Of a stretch of DNA of 64,000 nucleotides, positions 36,119 through 44,581 are shown piece after piece; positions within the stretch are counted from its first letter, which is position 1; every line of letters starts with the position of its first letter. The position numbers were made by a program, and so were the translations under genes. Source of the DNA: an uncultured Eubacteriales bacterium (GTDB lineage: Bacteria > Acidobacteriota > Aminicenantia > Aminicenantales > UBA8522). The notes under the pieces are model-generated. The model was not told where the DNA came from and ran no database searches. It saw only the letters and a program-made list of their open reading frames with translations. The stretch lies in assembly GCA_964558915.1 (NCBI GenBank), contig CAZLFV010000004.1, positions 643 through 64,642 of the forward strand, given 5' to 3'.

Positions 36119-37297
36119 ATGATCACCCTCATCAGAAACGGTATGACCTATGCTCCCGAACCCCTGGGAGCGAAAGACATTCTTGTTGTCGGGGGCAAAA
36201 TCGCCGCTTTGGCCGGGCCTGGCCAGATCAAAATAGAAGGGGCACCGGTCAAGGTCCTGGATGCGTCAGGGAAGACCGTCCTTCCCGGGATGGTCGACAG
36301 CCATGTCCATATCCTTGGGGGCGGGGGCGAAGGCGGCCCGGCGACGCGGGCTCCCGAGATCAACCTTGAAGACATCATTTTGAACGGCGTTACAACGGTC
36401 ATCGGCTGTCTGGGCACAGATAGTGTCACACGGCACATGGAATCCCTTCTAGCGAAAGCGCGGGCGCTTGAGGTTGAGGGAGTCTCGAGTTATATTTTTT
36501 CGGGAGCCTATGATGTCCCGCCCAAAACAATCACCGGCAATATTCGCTCTGACCTCGTCTTGATCGACAAAGTCATCGGGGCCGGCGAAATTGCCGTCTC
36601 TGACCACCGCTCCTCGCAGCCGACCTTTGAAGAGATCGCCCGGCTGGCAGCAGAATGTCGGGTCGGCGGAATGCTCGGAGGGAAGGCCGGAGTCCTTCAT
36701 CTCCATATCGGTGACGGCCGGAGGAAGCTGGAGATGCTCTTTCGGCTCGTTCGTGAGACTGAGATTCCGATCACACAAATCATTCCGACTCATGTCAACC
36801 GATCAGCCGAGCTTTTTGAGGAAGCAATCGCTTTTGCCCTTGAAGGCGGAACCTTTGACATTACAGCCTTTTCTGAGGAGGAAGCGGACAAAAACTCCGG
36901 GTTGAGCACGGAAAAAGCCATTGCCATTTGTCTCAAGAGACGAGTGCCTCTGAGCCAAATTACGGTGAGCTCAGACAGTAACGGAAGCATTCCTATTTTT
37001 GACGCAGCCGGACATCTCGTCGGCCTATCTATAGCCACAGAAAGAAACCTCTTTCTTGGCTTCCGCTCGTTGGTGCAGAAAAAAATCCTCCTCCTTGAAG
37101 ACGCGATCCGACTGTTCTCAACAAACCCGGCTTCGTTCTATTCGCTCTCAAGCAAAGGAAAAATAGAACCCGGACAGGATGCCGACCTCATTCTTTTTGA
37201 CAAAGATCTCGAATTGAGCGACGTCTATTGCCGAGGGAAAAGGATGATGGCCGATGGCAAGCTGATTGCCCGAGGAACGTTCAAGCCGCTGCTCTAA
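36119..37297 (+). CDS. iadA: beta-aspartyl (isoaspartyl) dipeptidase
   Basis: ATG at 36119 preceded by GGGAGG. MITLIRNG.., DSHVHILGGGGEGGPATRAPE and amidohydrolase metal ligands. The 5' 525 nt of the track ORF (35594-) is antisense to the acyltransferase gene and is rejected. Confidence 0.88.
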   Translation: MITLIRNGMTYAPEPLGAKDILVVGGKIAALAGPGQIKIEGAPVKVLDASGKTVLPGMVDSHVHILGGGGEGGPATRAPEINLEDIILNGVTTVIGCLGTDSVTRHMESLLAKARALEVEGVSSYIFSGAYDVPPKTITGNIRSDLVLIDKVIGAGEIAVSDHRSSQPTFEEIARLAAECRVGGMLGGKAGVLHLHIGDGRRKLEMLFRLVRETEIPITQIIPTHVNRSAELFEEAIAFALEGGTFDITAFSEEEADKNSGLSTEKAIAICLKRRVPLSQITVSSDSNGSIPIFDAAGHLVGLSIATERNLFLGFRSLVQKKILLLEDAIRLFSTNPASFYSLSSKGKIEPGQDADLILFDKDLELSDVYCRGKRMMADGKLIARGTFKPLL

Positions 37298-37308
37298 GGA
37301 GGAGACCT

Positions 37309-38721
37309 ATGGGGGAAGTGAAAGCGCCGAGAAAGCCGAGCTTTACTCTTGCCCTGGTGCCCTTGATCGTCATGGGGCTGTTGCTCGGTGTCGGCTACGG
37401 AATCTACAGAATTCGCCCTCAGGTCCTTCTTGTGGCCGCAGCGTTTATCACCGGCTGCCTGGCCGTTCTCCTTCGTTTCTCCTGGAAAGACATGGAGAAA
37501 GGGATCGTGGACAGCATTGCCAAGGCAATGCCCGCGATTCTCATCATGCTGAGCGTGGGTGTTCTCATCGGCTCCTGGATCGTCTGCGGGACCATTCCGA
37601 TGATTGTGTATTACGGCCTGAAGCTGATTTCTCCGCAATACTTTTTGTTCACAGCTTGTCTGGCATGCAGTGTCGTGTCCCTGGCGACGGGGACGTCCTG
37701 GGGGACGATTGGGACGATTGGCGTCGCCTTTATAGGAATTGCCTTAGGACTGGGAGTCCCCCTCGGCCCGGCAGCCGGAGCTGTCGTGGCCGGCGCTTAC
37801 TTCGGCGACAAGATGTCCCCGCTTTCCGATATCCCCAACCTCGCGGTTGTCGTCGCCGGTTCGAACCTTTTTGACCATATTAAACATCAGGTCTGGTCGG
37901 CCGGGCCGGCTTACCTTCTCGGACTCCTGGTCTATTTCCTCGCCGGATTCGGGTATCGAAGCCATACCATCAGCTCCGAGGCCATGACAACGATCCTCCA
38001 AACCTTAGAGGCCAATTTCCATTTCAATATCCTCCTTCTGCTTCCAATGATTATTGTTTTTGCTTTTGCCATCGCCAAGAAGCCCACGATTCCGGGAATG
38101 CTCCTCTCCTCCTTCGTGGCCGGGGGTCTGGCCATCATCTTTCAGCACGCCTCGGTGTCAGATGTGGCGACCGCGATTAACTCCGGGTATCCAGCCCATA
38201 CGGGGGTTGAGGCAGTCGACCGTCTCCTCTCGCGCGGCGGGATGATGAGCATGATGGAGACGCAGCTTGTGGCGTTTACAGCGTTTAGCTTCGGTGGCAT
38301 CATGCAACGCACAGGAATGCTTTCGGTCATTCTCGACCGCGTCATGAGATTTGCCACTCAAGTCTGGAGTCTTGTCCTGACGACGATCGGCACAGCGGTT
38401 ATCTCAGCCATGGTGACAGGAAGCTCCTATTTATCCATGATCATTCCGGGCGAGCTTCTCAGCCCGATCTACAAAAAAAAGGACCTGGCCGCAAAAAACT
38501 TGTCCCGGATCATTTCTGAAAGCGGCGGGATTATCGTTCCTCTGATCCCCTGGAGCATGGCAGGAGTCTACATCACTGGGACGCTCGGCGTCCCGACATT
38601 TTCATATCTGCCCTGGGCAATCATGAACTACGCCTCGGTCGTGATTCTGGCTATTTTCGGGTTCACCGGCCTGACGATGGCCCGGAGAACGCGGGAGGAT
38701 GAGACTCAGGTGGGAAGCTAG
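37309..38721 (+). CDS. nhaC: NhaC-family Na+/H+ antiporter-type carrier
   Basis: ATG at 37309 preceded by AAGGAGGAG. About 12 TM. The overall NhaC-like pattern (..GSWIVCGTIPMIVYYGL.., ..IPWSMAGVY..) is present. Confidence 0.82.
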   Translation: MGEVKAPRKPSFTLALVPLIVMGLLLGVGYGIYRIRPQVLLVAAAFITGCLAVLLRFSWKDMEKGIVDSIAKAMPAILIMLSVGVLIGSWIVCGTIPMIVYYGLKLISPQYFLFTACLACSVVSLATGTSWGTIGTIGVAFIGIALGLGVPLGPAAGAVVAGAYFGDKMSPLSDIPNLAVVVAGSNLFDHIKHQVWSAGPAYLLGLLVYFLAGFGYRSHTISSEAMTTILQTLEANFHFNILLLLPMIIVFAFAIAKKPTIPGMLLSSFVAGGLAIIFQHASVSDVATAINSGYPAHTGVEAVDRLLSRGGMMSMMETQLVAFTAFSFGGIMQRTGMLSVILDRVMRFATQVWSLVLTTIGTAVISAMVTGSSYLSMIIPGELLSPIYKKKDLAAKNLSRIISESGGIIVPLIPWSMAGVYITGTLGVPTFSYLPWAIMNYASVVILAIFGFTGLTMARRTREDETQVGS

Positions 38722-38729
38722 GCAGAAGG

Positions 38730-39008
38730 CTACTCCTCCTTTTCTGCCTCACCCATGGCTTTGGCAAATTTCTCTTCCGCCTTTTCCAGCTTTTTCTTTT
38801 CCAGCTCGGCTGTCGCTTCGAATTTCCGTTCGAACTCACTCATCCTCTTTTTTTCTTTGGACAGCAACTCATCCAGGGAATCCTTCTTCTTTGCGGCTCG
38901 CTTTTCGGTTTTGACAATGGCCTCGGTCATGCCGTCCACCCACAGGATAGACTGGCAGCACGGGCAAACGAGTTGAAACAGACCGGCTTTCTTCTTTTCT
39001 TCACTCAT
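38730..39008 (-). CDS. hypothetical zinc-ribbon plus coiled-coil protein
   Basis: 92 aa. N-terminal CPCC (LVCPCCQSILWV) followed by a K/E-rich helix. 44 nt downstream of the GAF-sigma-54 activator on the same strand. Confidence 0.5.
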   Translation of the reverse strand: MSEEKKKAGLFQLVCPCCQSILWVDGMTEAIVKTEKRAAKKKDSLDELLSKEKKRMSEFERKFEATAELEKKKLEKAEEKFAKAMGEAEKEE

Positions 39009-39052
39009 AGTAACTTCAATTTAGCAGAAAAAGGAGAATGGGACAATCTCAC

Positions 39053-40474
39053 TCACGTCCTGGGACAGTTCCCAAGCTTGTGTTTTTTCATCAATTTGAA
39101 AAGTCCCTGGCGGCTCAGTCCAACTGCTTCAGCCGTCCGGGCTTTGTTGTGGCCAAAACGAAGCAGGGCCTGGGTTAAGAACCTCTTCTCAAAATCTGCC
39201 TTGGCTTCGAAAAAATTATATGAAACGGCGGCCGGGGTTCCCCTCTGAGGATTGACTTTGGCCGAAAGGCAATCCTCTTTGATCAGGCCGCCAGGGCCAG
39301 ACAGGACCAGAGACCTCTGAATCTCATTCTGCAGCTCGCGGATATTCCCCGGCCAGGAATAGTCCATCAGAAGCTCCATGGCCCGGGGGGAGAAATACGC
39401 CCTCCCGCGTCTCATTTCCCGGCAGTACCTTTCGAGGAAATGATCGACGAGGAGAAGAAGGTCCGCTTTTCTTTCCCGGAGGGGAGGAACTTCGATGGTG
39501 AGTATGCGTAGGCGGTAGTACAAATCCATCCTGAAATTCCCCAGCTCGATCTCTTTTTCGATATTTTTGTTGGTCGCGCTAACGAAGCGAACATCAACTC
39601 GGCGCGTTCGCGTCTCTCCAACCCTTCGAATTTCCTTTTCCTGAAGAAGACGCAACAGTTTGGCTTGGAGCGGCAACGACAGATCCCCGACCTCATCCAG
39701 AAAAAAGGTGCCTCCGTTGGCCTCCTCAATCAGCCCGGCCTTGTCTCGAAGCGCTCCCGTAAATGCCCCCCGGGCGTGGCCAAAGAGCTCGCTCTCTAGC
39801 AGAGGATCGGGAATAGCGCCGCAGTTCACGGCGACAAACGAACCCACCCGTCTTGCTCCTCTCTCATGAATGGACCTGGCGATAATTTCCTTTCCCGTGC
39901 CGCTCTCGCCGGATATAAACACGGGCGCGTCTGTATCCTTGACTTTCTCGATCAAAGTCCGGATCCGGGAAGAGCTACCACTTTGCCCTATGAGGAAATC
40001 CTCTCCCTGGGGAGAATGGGAAAACCCCTCTGTATTGTTATGATCTCCACCGTTCTTGAGGAAAGGCTTGAGGGCTTGGGAAAGACAAGCCAGAAGCTCC
40101 AAGTCCTCTTCAGAATATGGGCTCTGCCCCAGGTCCCGGAAAAGACAAATGGCGCCGACCGGCTGCTCATCGCCCGAAAGGGGCAGGCAGAGAAGAGGTT
40201 GATTCGGCCAGACGGCGTCAGACTGGCTGCCATTCCAAGACGACCGATCCTTATATCCCTCGAGCAGCGGACGTTTTTCCTGGAGCACTCTTTGGATGAT
40301 GTTTTCACTCGCGGAGACACAGGATTTTTCCGGGCCTGGCCAGGCGTGTTCAAACACGACCTGGCTGCTTTTATCGAGAAGCACGAGCCGGACAAAACTC
40401 GAAGAGACTTCTTCGCCGATGATCTGGAGTAACTTACTCAAGAAAGAGCGGACCTGGCCTGGCTTTACTCCCAT
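39053..40474 (-). CDS. sigma-54-dependent transcriptional activator with N-terminal GAF-like sensor (no receiver domain)
   Basis: 473 aa. GESGTGKE Walker A, GAFTGA loop, ESELFGH, C-terminal Fis-type HTH. The N-terminal ~150 aa is GAF-like. Confidence 0.9.
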   Translation of the reverse strand: MGVKPGQVRSFLSKLLQIIGEEVSSSFVRLVLLDKSSQVVFEHAWPGPEKSCVSASENIIQRVLQEKRPLLEGYKDRSSWNGSQSDAVWPNQPLLCLPLSGDEQPVGAICLFRDLGQSPYSEEDLELLACLSQALKPFLKNGGDHNNTEGFSHSPQGEDFLIGQSGSSSRIRTLIEKVKDTDAPVFISGESGTGKEIIARSIHERGARRVGSFVAVNCGAIPDPLLESELFGHARGAFTGALRDKAGLIEEANGGTFFLDEVGDLSLPLQAKLLRLLQEKEIRRVGETRTRRVDVRFVSATNKNIEKEIELGNFRMDLYYRLRILTIEVPPLRERKADLLLLVDHFLERYCREMRRGRAYFSPRAMELLMDYSWPGNIRELQNEIQRSLVLSGPGGLIKEDCLSAKVNPQRGTPAAVSYNFFEAKADFEKRFLTQALLRFGHNKARTAEAVGLSRQGLFKLMKKHKLGNCPRT

Positions 40475-40727
40475 ACCCCAAATAACGATAGAATGTGCCT
40501 GTTTTTCTCAGCTTGGGGATGCTCAAGATCTATTAGAAGCGTCTCCGCTTCCAGGCTCGCATTGCTTTGGAATAGGGTGCTGCCATGGCTTCCGCTCGTC
40601 GTGTCGGCCTCGTTGGGTTGTCGCTTGAGTATCATGGAAACAAAGGCGTTTAGAGCATTTGTCGCGTCCTTGACTCGGTGGGCCTCTCCGTATAAGCTTA
40701 GAGGCCCGGCCATCACGAGGAACAGGC

Positions 40728-42811
40728 ATGGTTCGCCGAGCCCACAACCGCCTGGTCAACGAAAAAAGCCTGTACCTCCGCCAGCACGCCGAGAATCCCG
40801 TCCAATGGTATCCCTGGTGCGATGAGGCCTTCGAGGCCGCCCGAAAGCAGGGGAAGCCCATTTTCTTATCGATTGGCTACTCCACCTGCCACTGGTGCCA
40901 CGTGATGGAAAGAGAGTCGTTCAGCGACGAAGAGGTTGCCAGCCTGATGAATGAGCTGTTCATCGCGATCAAAGTTGACCGGGAAGAGCGACCGGATATC
41001 GATTCTTTTTATATGGACGTCTGCCAGCTTCTCTTAGGAAGCGGGGCTGGCCTTTGACGGTGATTATGACACCCGATAAGAAGCCTTTCTTTGCCGGGAC
41101 TTATTTTCCGAAAGAGAGCCGCTTCGGTTTCATGGGCCTCAAAGAAGTTCTATCTCGCACAGCCCAAGCCTGGGGCCAGAGCACTTCCGAAATATTGAGT
41201 TCTGCACAAAAAATCCACGCAGTCCTGAACCGCCCGGTGCTTTCTCGAGGCGGGGATCTTCCGGCCGATATTTTGAAGAGAACGTTCGTCCAGCTGGCCG
41301 ACCATTTCGACCAGGAAAACGGAGGATTTGGCACTACCCCGAAATTCCCCTCGCCCCAACACCTGACATTTCTTCTCCGCTGGGCCAAGCGAACAAGCGA
41401 TGCAAGGCCTCTCGTAATGGTCGAAAAAACTTTGCGGGCTATGCGCAGGGGTGGGATTTATGATCATCTCGGGTTTGGATTTCACCGTTATTCCACGGAT
41501 GCACAATGGCTGGTTCCCCATTTTGAAAAGATGCTCTGCGACCAGGCCCTCCTGACCATGGCCTACACCGAGGCCTACGTGTTCACGGCCAAGGAGGAAT
41601 ACCGCCAGACTGCCGAAGAGGTCGCAGCATATGTGTTGCGGGATATGACTTCTGAGGAAGGCGGCTTCTTCGCGGCTGAAGATGCTGACAGTAACGGCAA
41701 AGAGGGAAAGTTTTATCTTTGGGAAGAGGAGGAAATCAGGAATATCCTAAAGCCCGCCGAAGCAGAGCTCGCCATCCGAGTTTTTAATATTCGGCCAGAT
41801 GGCAATGACGAAGAAAGGAAAATCGGACGAGCAAGAGAAAATATCCTTTGGGTCGCAGAGCAGCCCATTCATCCCGCGACGAAATCATCACTTCAAGGGA
41901 AGGCAGCTCAAGCCCGTCTTGCTCGGATTCGGGAAAAGCTATTCAGGGCCCGGGAAGAAAGACCCAGACCCCTCAAGGACACAAAAATATTGACCGACTG
42001 GAACGGACTGATGATCGCAGCCCTGGCCAAAGCGTCTCAGGCGTTTGATAGAGAAGACTACGCCGCAGCGGCCAGAAAAGCTGCTGATTTTGTTCGGGCA
42101 AAGATGATTGCTCAGGGAGAGCTTTATCACCGCTATATTGAAGGCGAGGTCAAAATTCCCGGTTTCCTGGATGATTATGCTTTCTTCATCTGGGGCCTCA
42201 TCGATCTTTACGAGACGATATTCGACCCCAGTTGTCTTGAATGGGCTCTGGAATTGACCGACCGGCTTCTCCTGAAGTTCTGGGATAAAAAGGAGGGCGG
42301 GTTCTTTTTGAGTTCTGAAGAAGCCCAGGATCTTCCCTTCCGGAGAAAAGAAATTTACGACAGCGCCGTCCCATCCGGGAATTCCGTAATGACAGCCAAT
42401 CTTCTCCGGCTCGGCCGGATCACCGGGCGAACAGAACTCGAAACAAAAGCACACGAACTTGCCAAAGCCTTTTCGCTGCGGATCGTTCAGGCGCCCATAG
42501 CCCATACGCAGCTCATGTGCGCTCTTGATTTCGCCAGAGGCCCATCTTATGAAATCGTGATTGTCGGCCAAGCCAGCGCAGAAGACACCGAGACTATACT
42601 CCGGAGCCTCCGTCGGAACTACATCCCTAATAAGGTCGTCCTGTTCCGGCCAGCTGAAGTTCAATCGCCGGAAATCTTAAAGTTCGCCCCCTATCTTAAA
42701 CCGATGACAGCTCTTGAGGGAAAGGCCACTGCCTATGTCTGCTCCAACTACCGCTGCCAGCTTCCCACAACAGAGTCCGCACAAATTTTGGCCCTGCTGA
42801 ATGCTGGCTAG
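40728..42811 (+). pseudogene. thioredoxin-domain DUF255 / YyaL-type (six-hairpin glycosidase-like) protein, split by a 1-nt frameshift
   Basis: ORF 40728-41057 (..[35 protein letters not shown]) and ORF 41054-42811 (..[19 protein letters not shown]..) are the two halves of one family. The conserved GSGGWPL is restored if the G4 run at 41043-41046 is G5. Confidence 0.85.
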
Positions 42812-44427
42812 TCGTTCTCTTTCGGCCCGCTTTGAAGAGAATTCCGCCGAAGCGCCTTCCAGGTCCTGACGGAAAGTTGGTTTGGAGGGGGGCTGGTTCG
42901 AAAAGAGGGGACCGCTGCGAAGGAAAAGGCTTTTTCCACTCCTCCCCAGAGTTTTTTCCGGGAAAGATTGGAGGCGGAGAAAATGATTACGCCCGGTGCC
43001 CCGGCCTTCCTGACCGTATCTATCGTCTGGATGATCTTAGTCTCGGGAAAGAACCCGACAGGCGGGTCGGCAAGGATGCGGGTGAGTCCATCGGCGAGAG
43101 CCTGTCTGGTGAGTTTCCCCTTGAGGAAAGAGTTGTATTGACTCTTCAGCTCTTTGGCCCGGGGCGGGGAAAACCGACTAATGGAGGCGATATTAGCATC
43201 CATGAACCGGCCGAATTCGGTTTGGGGCCCTGAAGAGACATCTGTCTTCAAGAATTGAAGGGCCTGCTCCCAGGGGTCCAGTTCTTCACGGAAAATGTAA
43301 TGTGCGTCCAGCCCGACAAGATAACTGCAGTTCTCTCCGACCCATCCGACCTGGGCCCGCACTACATCCGCAAGGTAGGTTAGGTAATCCTCGAAGCTGC
43401 CCTGGAAATGGCTCCGGTAGGTCATGGTCATGGCAATATCCAGCCAAGGCGCAAAGTCCGTCCACCGCTGAGCGATGAACCTCCCGCTTTTCATCGGGTT
43501 GACAAAAACCGCGGCCGACATCTCGATCTCCGGACGAATCGCGGCCGCCCTTTCCCAGGCTTCCCGCACAAATCTGTTGATAGCGTCGCACCGCAGGGTG
43601 TAATAAAAATAATCCAGGTCGGGCCGGTTGATCGCTTTCCCCTCAAGGATAAACCTGGCCTTTTCTTCCCTTGACATCTGCGGCCAGGTCGAAGGCCTGA
43701 CCGTGAAGTCGAGGTCCCAGTTGGACTCTTCTCGGAGGCGTGTTTTTTTCAGGGCAATCCGGACATCCGACTTGGAAGGATAGTATAAAAGATTGTCGCT
43801 TAAAAAATGCTCCAGGCAATAATCACAGAAGCAGTAGGAATCCGGGGCCACATCGCCCGGATAGCGGACATAATCGTGATGGATTCCGTCCACAGGATAA
43901 TCCCGGACCACCTCCTCGATCATCGGAAGAAGCCATTGGTCGGTATAGCCGGGACGGCGGTTCGGACACATCCAGACCGGACCATAGACCTGGTCCGGAG
44001 TCAATTGTTCCCCCGCCGTCAAGCCGCCCTCGGGGTTGAGCATGGCCCATTCGGGATGGGCCTTGAAGGCTGGTGAGTCCTTGCCCTCAGGGAAATCGCA
44101 GAGCCAGGCATGGACCTTGATGCCGTACTTGGGAGCGATAGCAGTGATCGCTTTAAGAAGGTCGAAGTCTTTGTAGTCCGGATGCACGGCCTCGGGAAAT
44201 GCCTTGCTCTTCCAGAAGATGTGGCCAAGCGTATCCTTGACAAGCGGGACGACAATTTGAATGTTGGCTTTTTTCAGGATCTTGAAAAATTCTTCAACGT
44301 CTTTTTCGCTCTTGCCGAAATCGGCGGGGCCGGCCCAGACTCCCCGGCCTTCTCTCCTTGCAGGGGTTTGAGCCAGCAAGGCCAGGGGGAGCACAAAAAT
44401 CAAAAAGAAGAGACTCATTTTCCTCAT
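42808..44427 (-). CDS. secreted glycoside-hydrolase-like TIM-barrel protein (GHL10/YngK-type)
   Basis: 539 aa. Signal peptide. RGVWAG.., GIKVHAWL, GIHHDYVRYPG patterns resemble the family-10-like glycosylhydrolase group. Strong AGGAGG SD 7 nt before the ATG. Confidence 0.65.
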   Translation of the reverse strand: MRKMSLFFLIFVLPLALLAQTPARREGRGVWAGPADFGKSEKDVEEFFKILKKANIQIVVPLVKDTLGHIFWKSKAFPEAVHPDYKDFDLLKAITAIAPKYGIKVHAWLCDFPEGKDSPAFKAHPEWAMLNPEGGLTAGEQLTPDQVYGPVWMCPNRRPGYTDQWLLPMIEEVVRDYPVDGIHHDYVRYPGDVAPDSYCFCDYCLEHFLSDNLLYYPSKSDVRIALKKTRLREESNWDLDFTVRPSTWPQMSREEKARFILEGKAINRPDLDYFYYTLRCDAINRFVREAWERAAAIRPEIEMSAAVFVNPMKSGRFIAQRWTDFAPWLDIAMTMTYRSHFQGSFEDYLTYLADVVRAQVGWVGENCSYLVGLDAHYIFREELDPWEQALQFLKTDVSSGPQTEFGRFMDANIASISRFSPPRAKELKSQYNSFLKGKLTRQALADGLTRILADPPVGFFPETKIIQTIDTVRKAGAPGVIIFSASNLSRKKLWGGVEKAFSFAAVPSFRTSPPPNQLSVRTWKALRRNSLQSGPKEND

Positions 44428-44468
44428 GTTGATACCTCCTGAAAATTCTCTGCCCTTGCGTCGGTTTA

Positions 44469-44497
44469 TTACTAATAGAAAAGATATGTTTAGTCAA
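44469..44497 (-). promoter_or_regulatory. sigma-70-type promoter for the GHL10-like gene
   Basis: The minus strand reads TTGACT (rc of 44492-44497), 17 nt, TAGTAA (rc of 44469-44474). Confidence 0.35.
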
Positions 44498-44524
44498 ATA
44501 GCGAACCGTTCATGAAAAAAACCA

Positions 44525-44566
44525 TTGAACCCTCTTTTGCTAATAATTATAATCTCGTCACGTGAC
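44525..44566 (+). promoter_or_regulatory. near-consensus sigma-70 promoter plus 10-bp perfect palindrome (candidate operator) upstream of the cytochrome genes
   Basis: TTGAAC (44525-44530), 17 nt, TATAAT (44548-44553). GTCACGTGAC (44557-44566) starts 3 nt after the -10. The GGAGAGGAGAGGA SD precedes the ATG at 44582. Confidence 0.45.
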
Positions 44567-44581
44567 TGGAGAGGAGAGGAC

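Noticed and set aside
40681-40706. Hairpin GGCCTCT-N12-AGAGGCC just upstream of the DUF255 gene
   Set aside because: It is a 7-bp stem with no flanking U-tract on either strand. It could be a 5'-UTR structure, but nothing supports a specific function.
40465-40716. 83-aa minus-strand ORF filling the gap upstream of the GAF-sigma-54 activator (its stop overlaps the activator start by 10 nt)
   Set aside because: It is tempting because it fills the 253-bp gap. However, it has no SD and no recognisable motif. Accepting it would leave only 11 bp between its start and the divergent DUF255 gene start (40728), with no room for either promoter. I keep it as an unlikely candidate only.
41055-41057. TGA at the DUF255 split as possible selenocysteine or readthrough codon
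   Set aside because: The downstream half is in a different frame (-1), so recoding of the TGA cannot join the halves. The homopolymer indel explanation fits exactly.
41939-42664. 241-aa minus-strand ORF
   Set aside because: It is antisense to the DUF255-family gene. No motifs.
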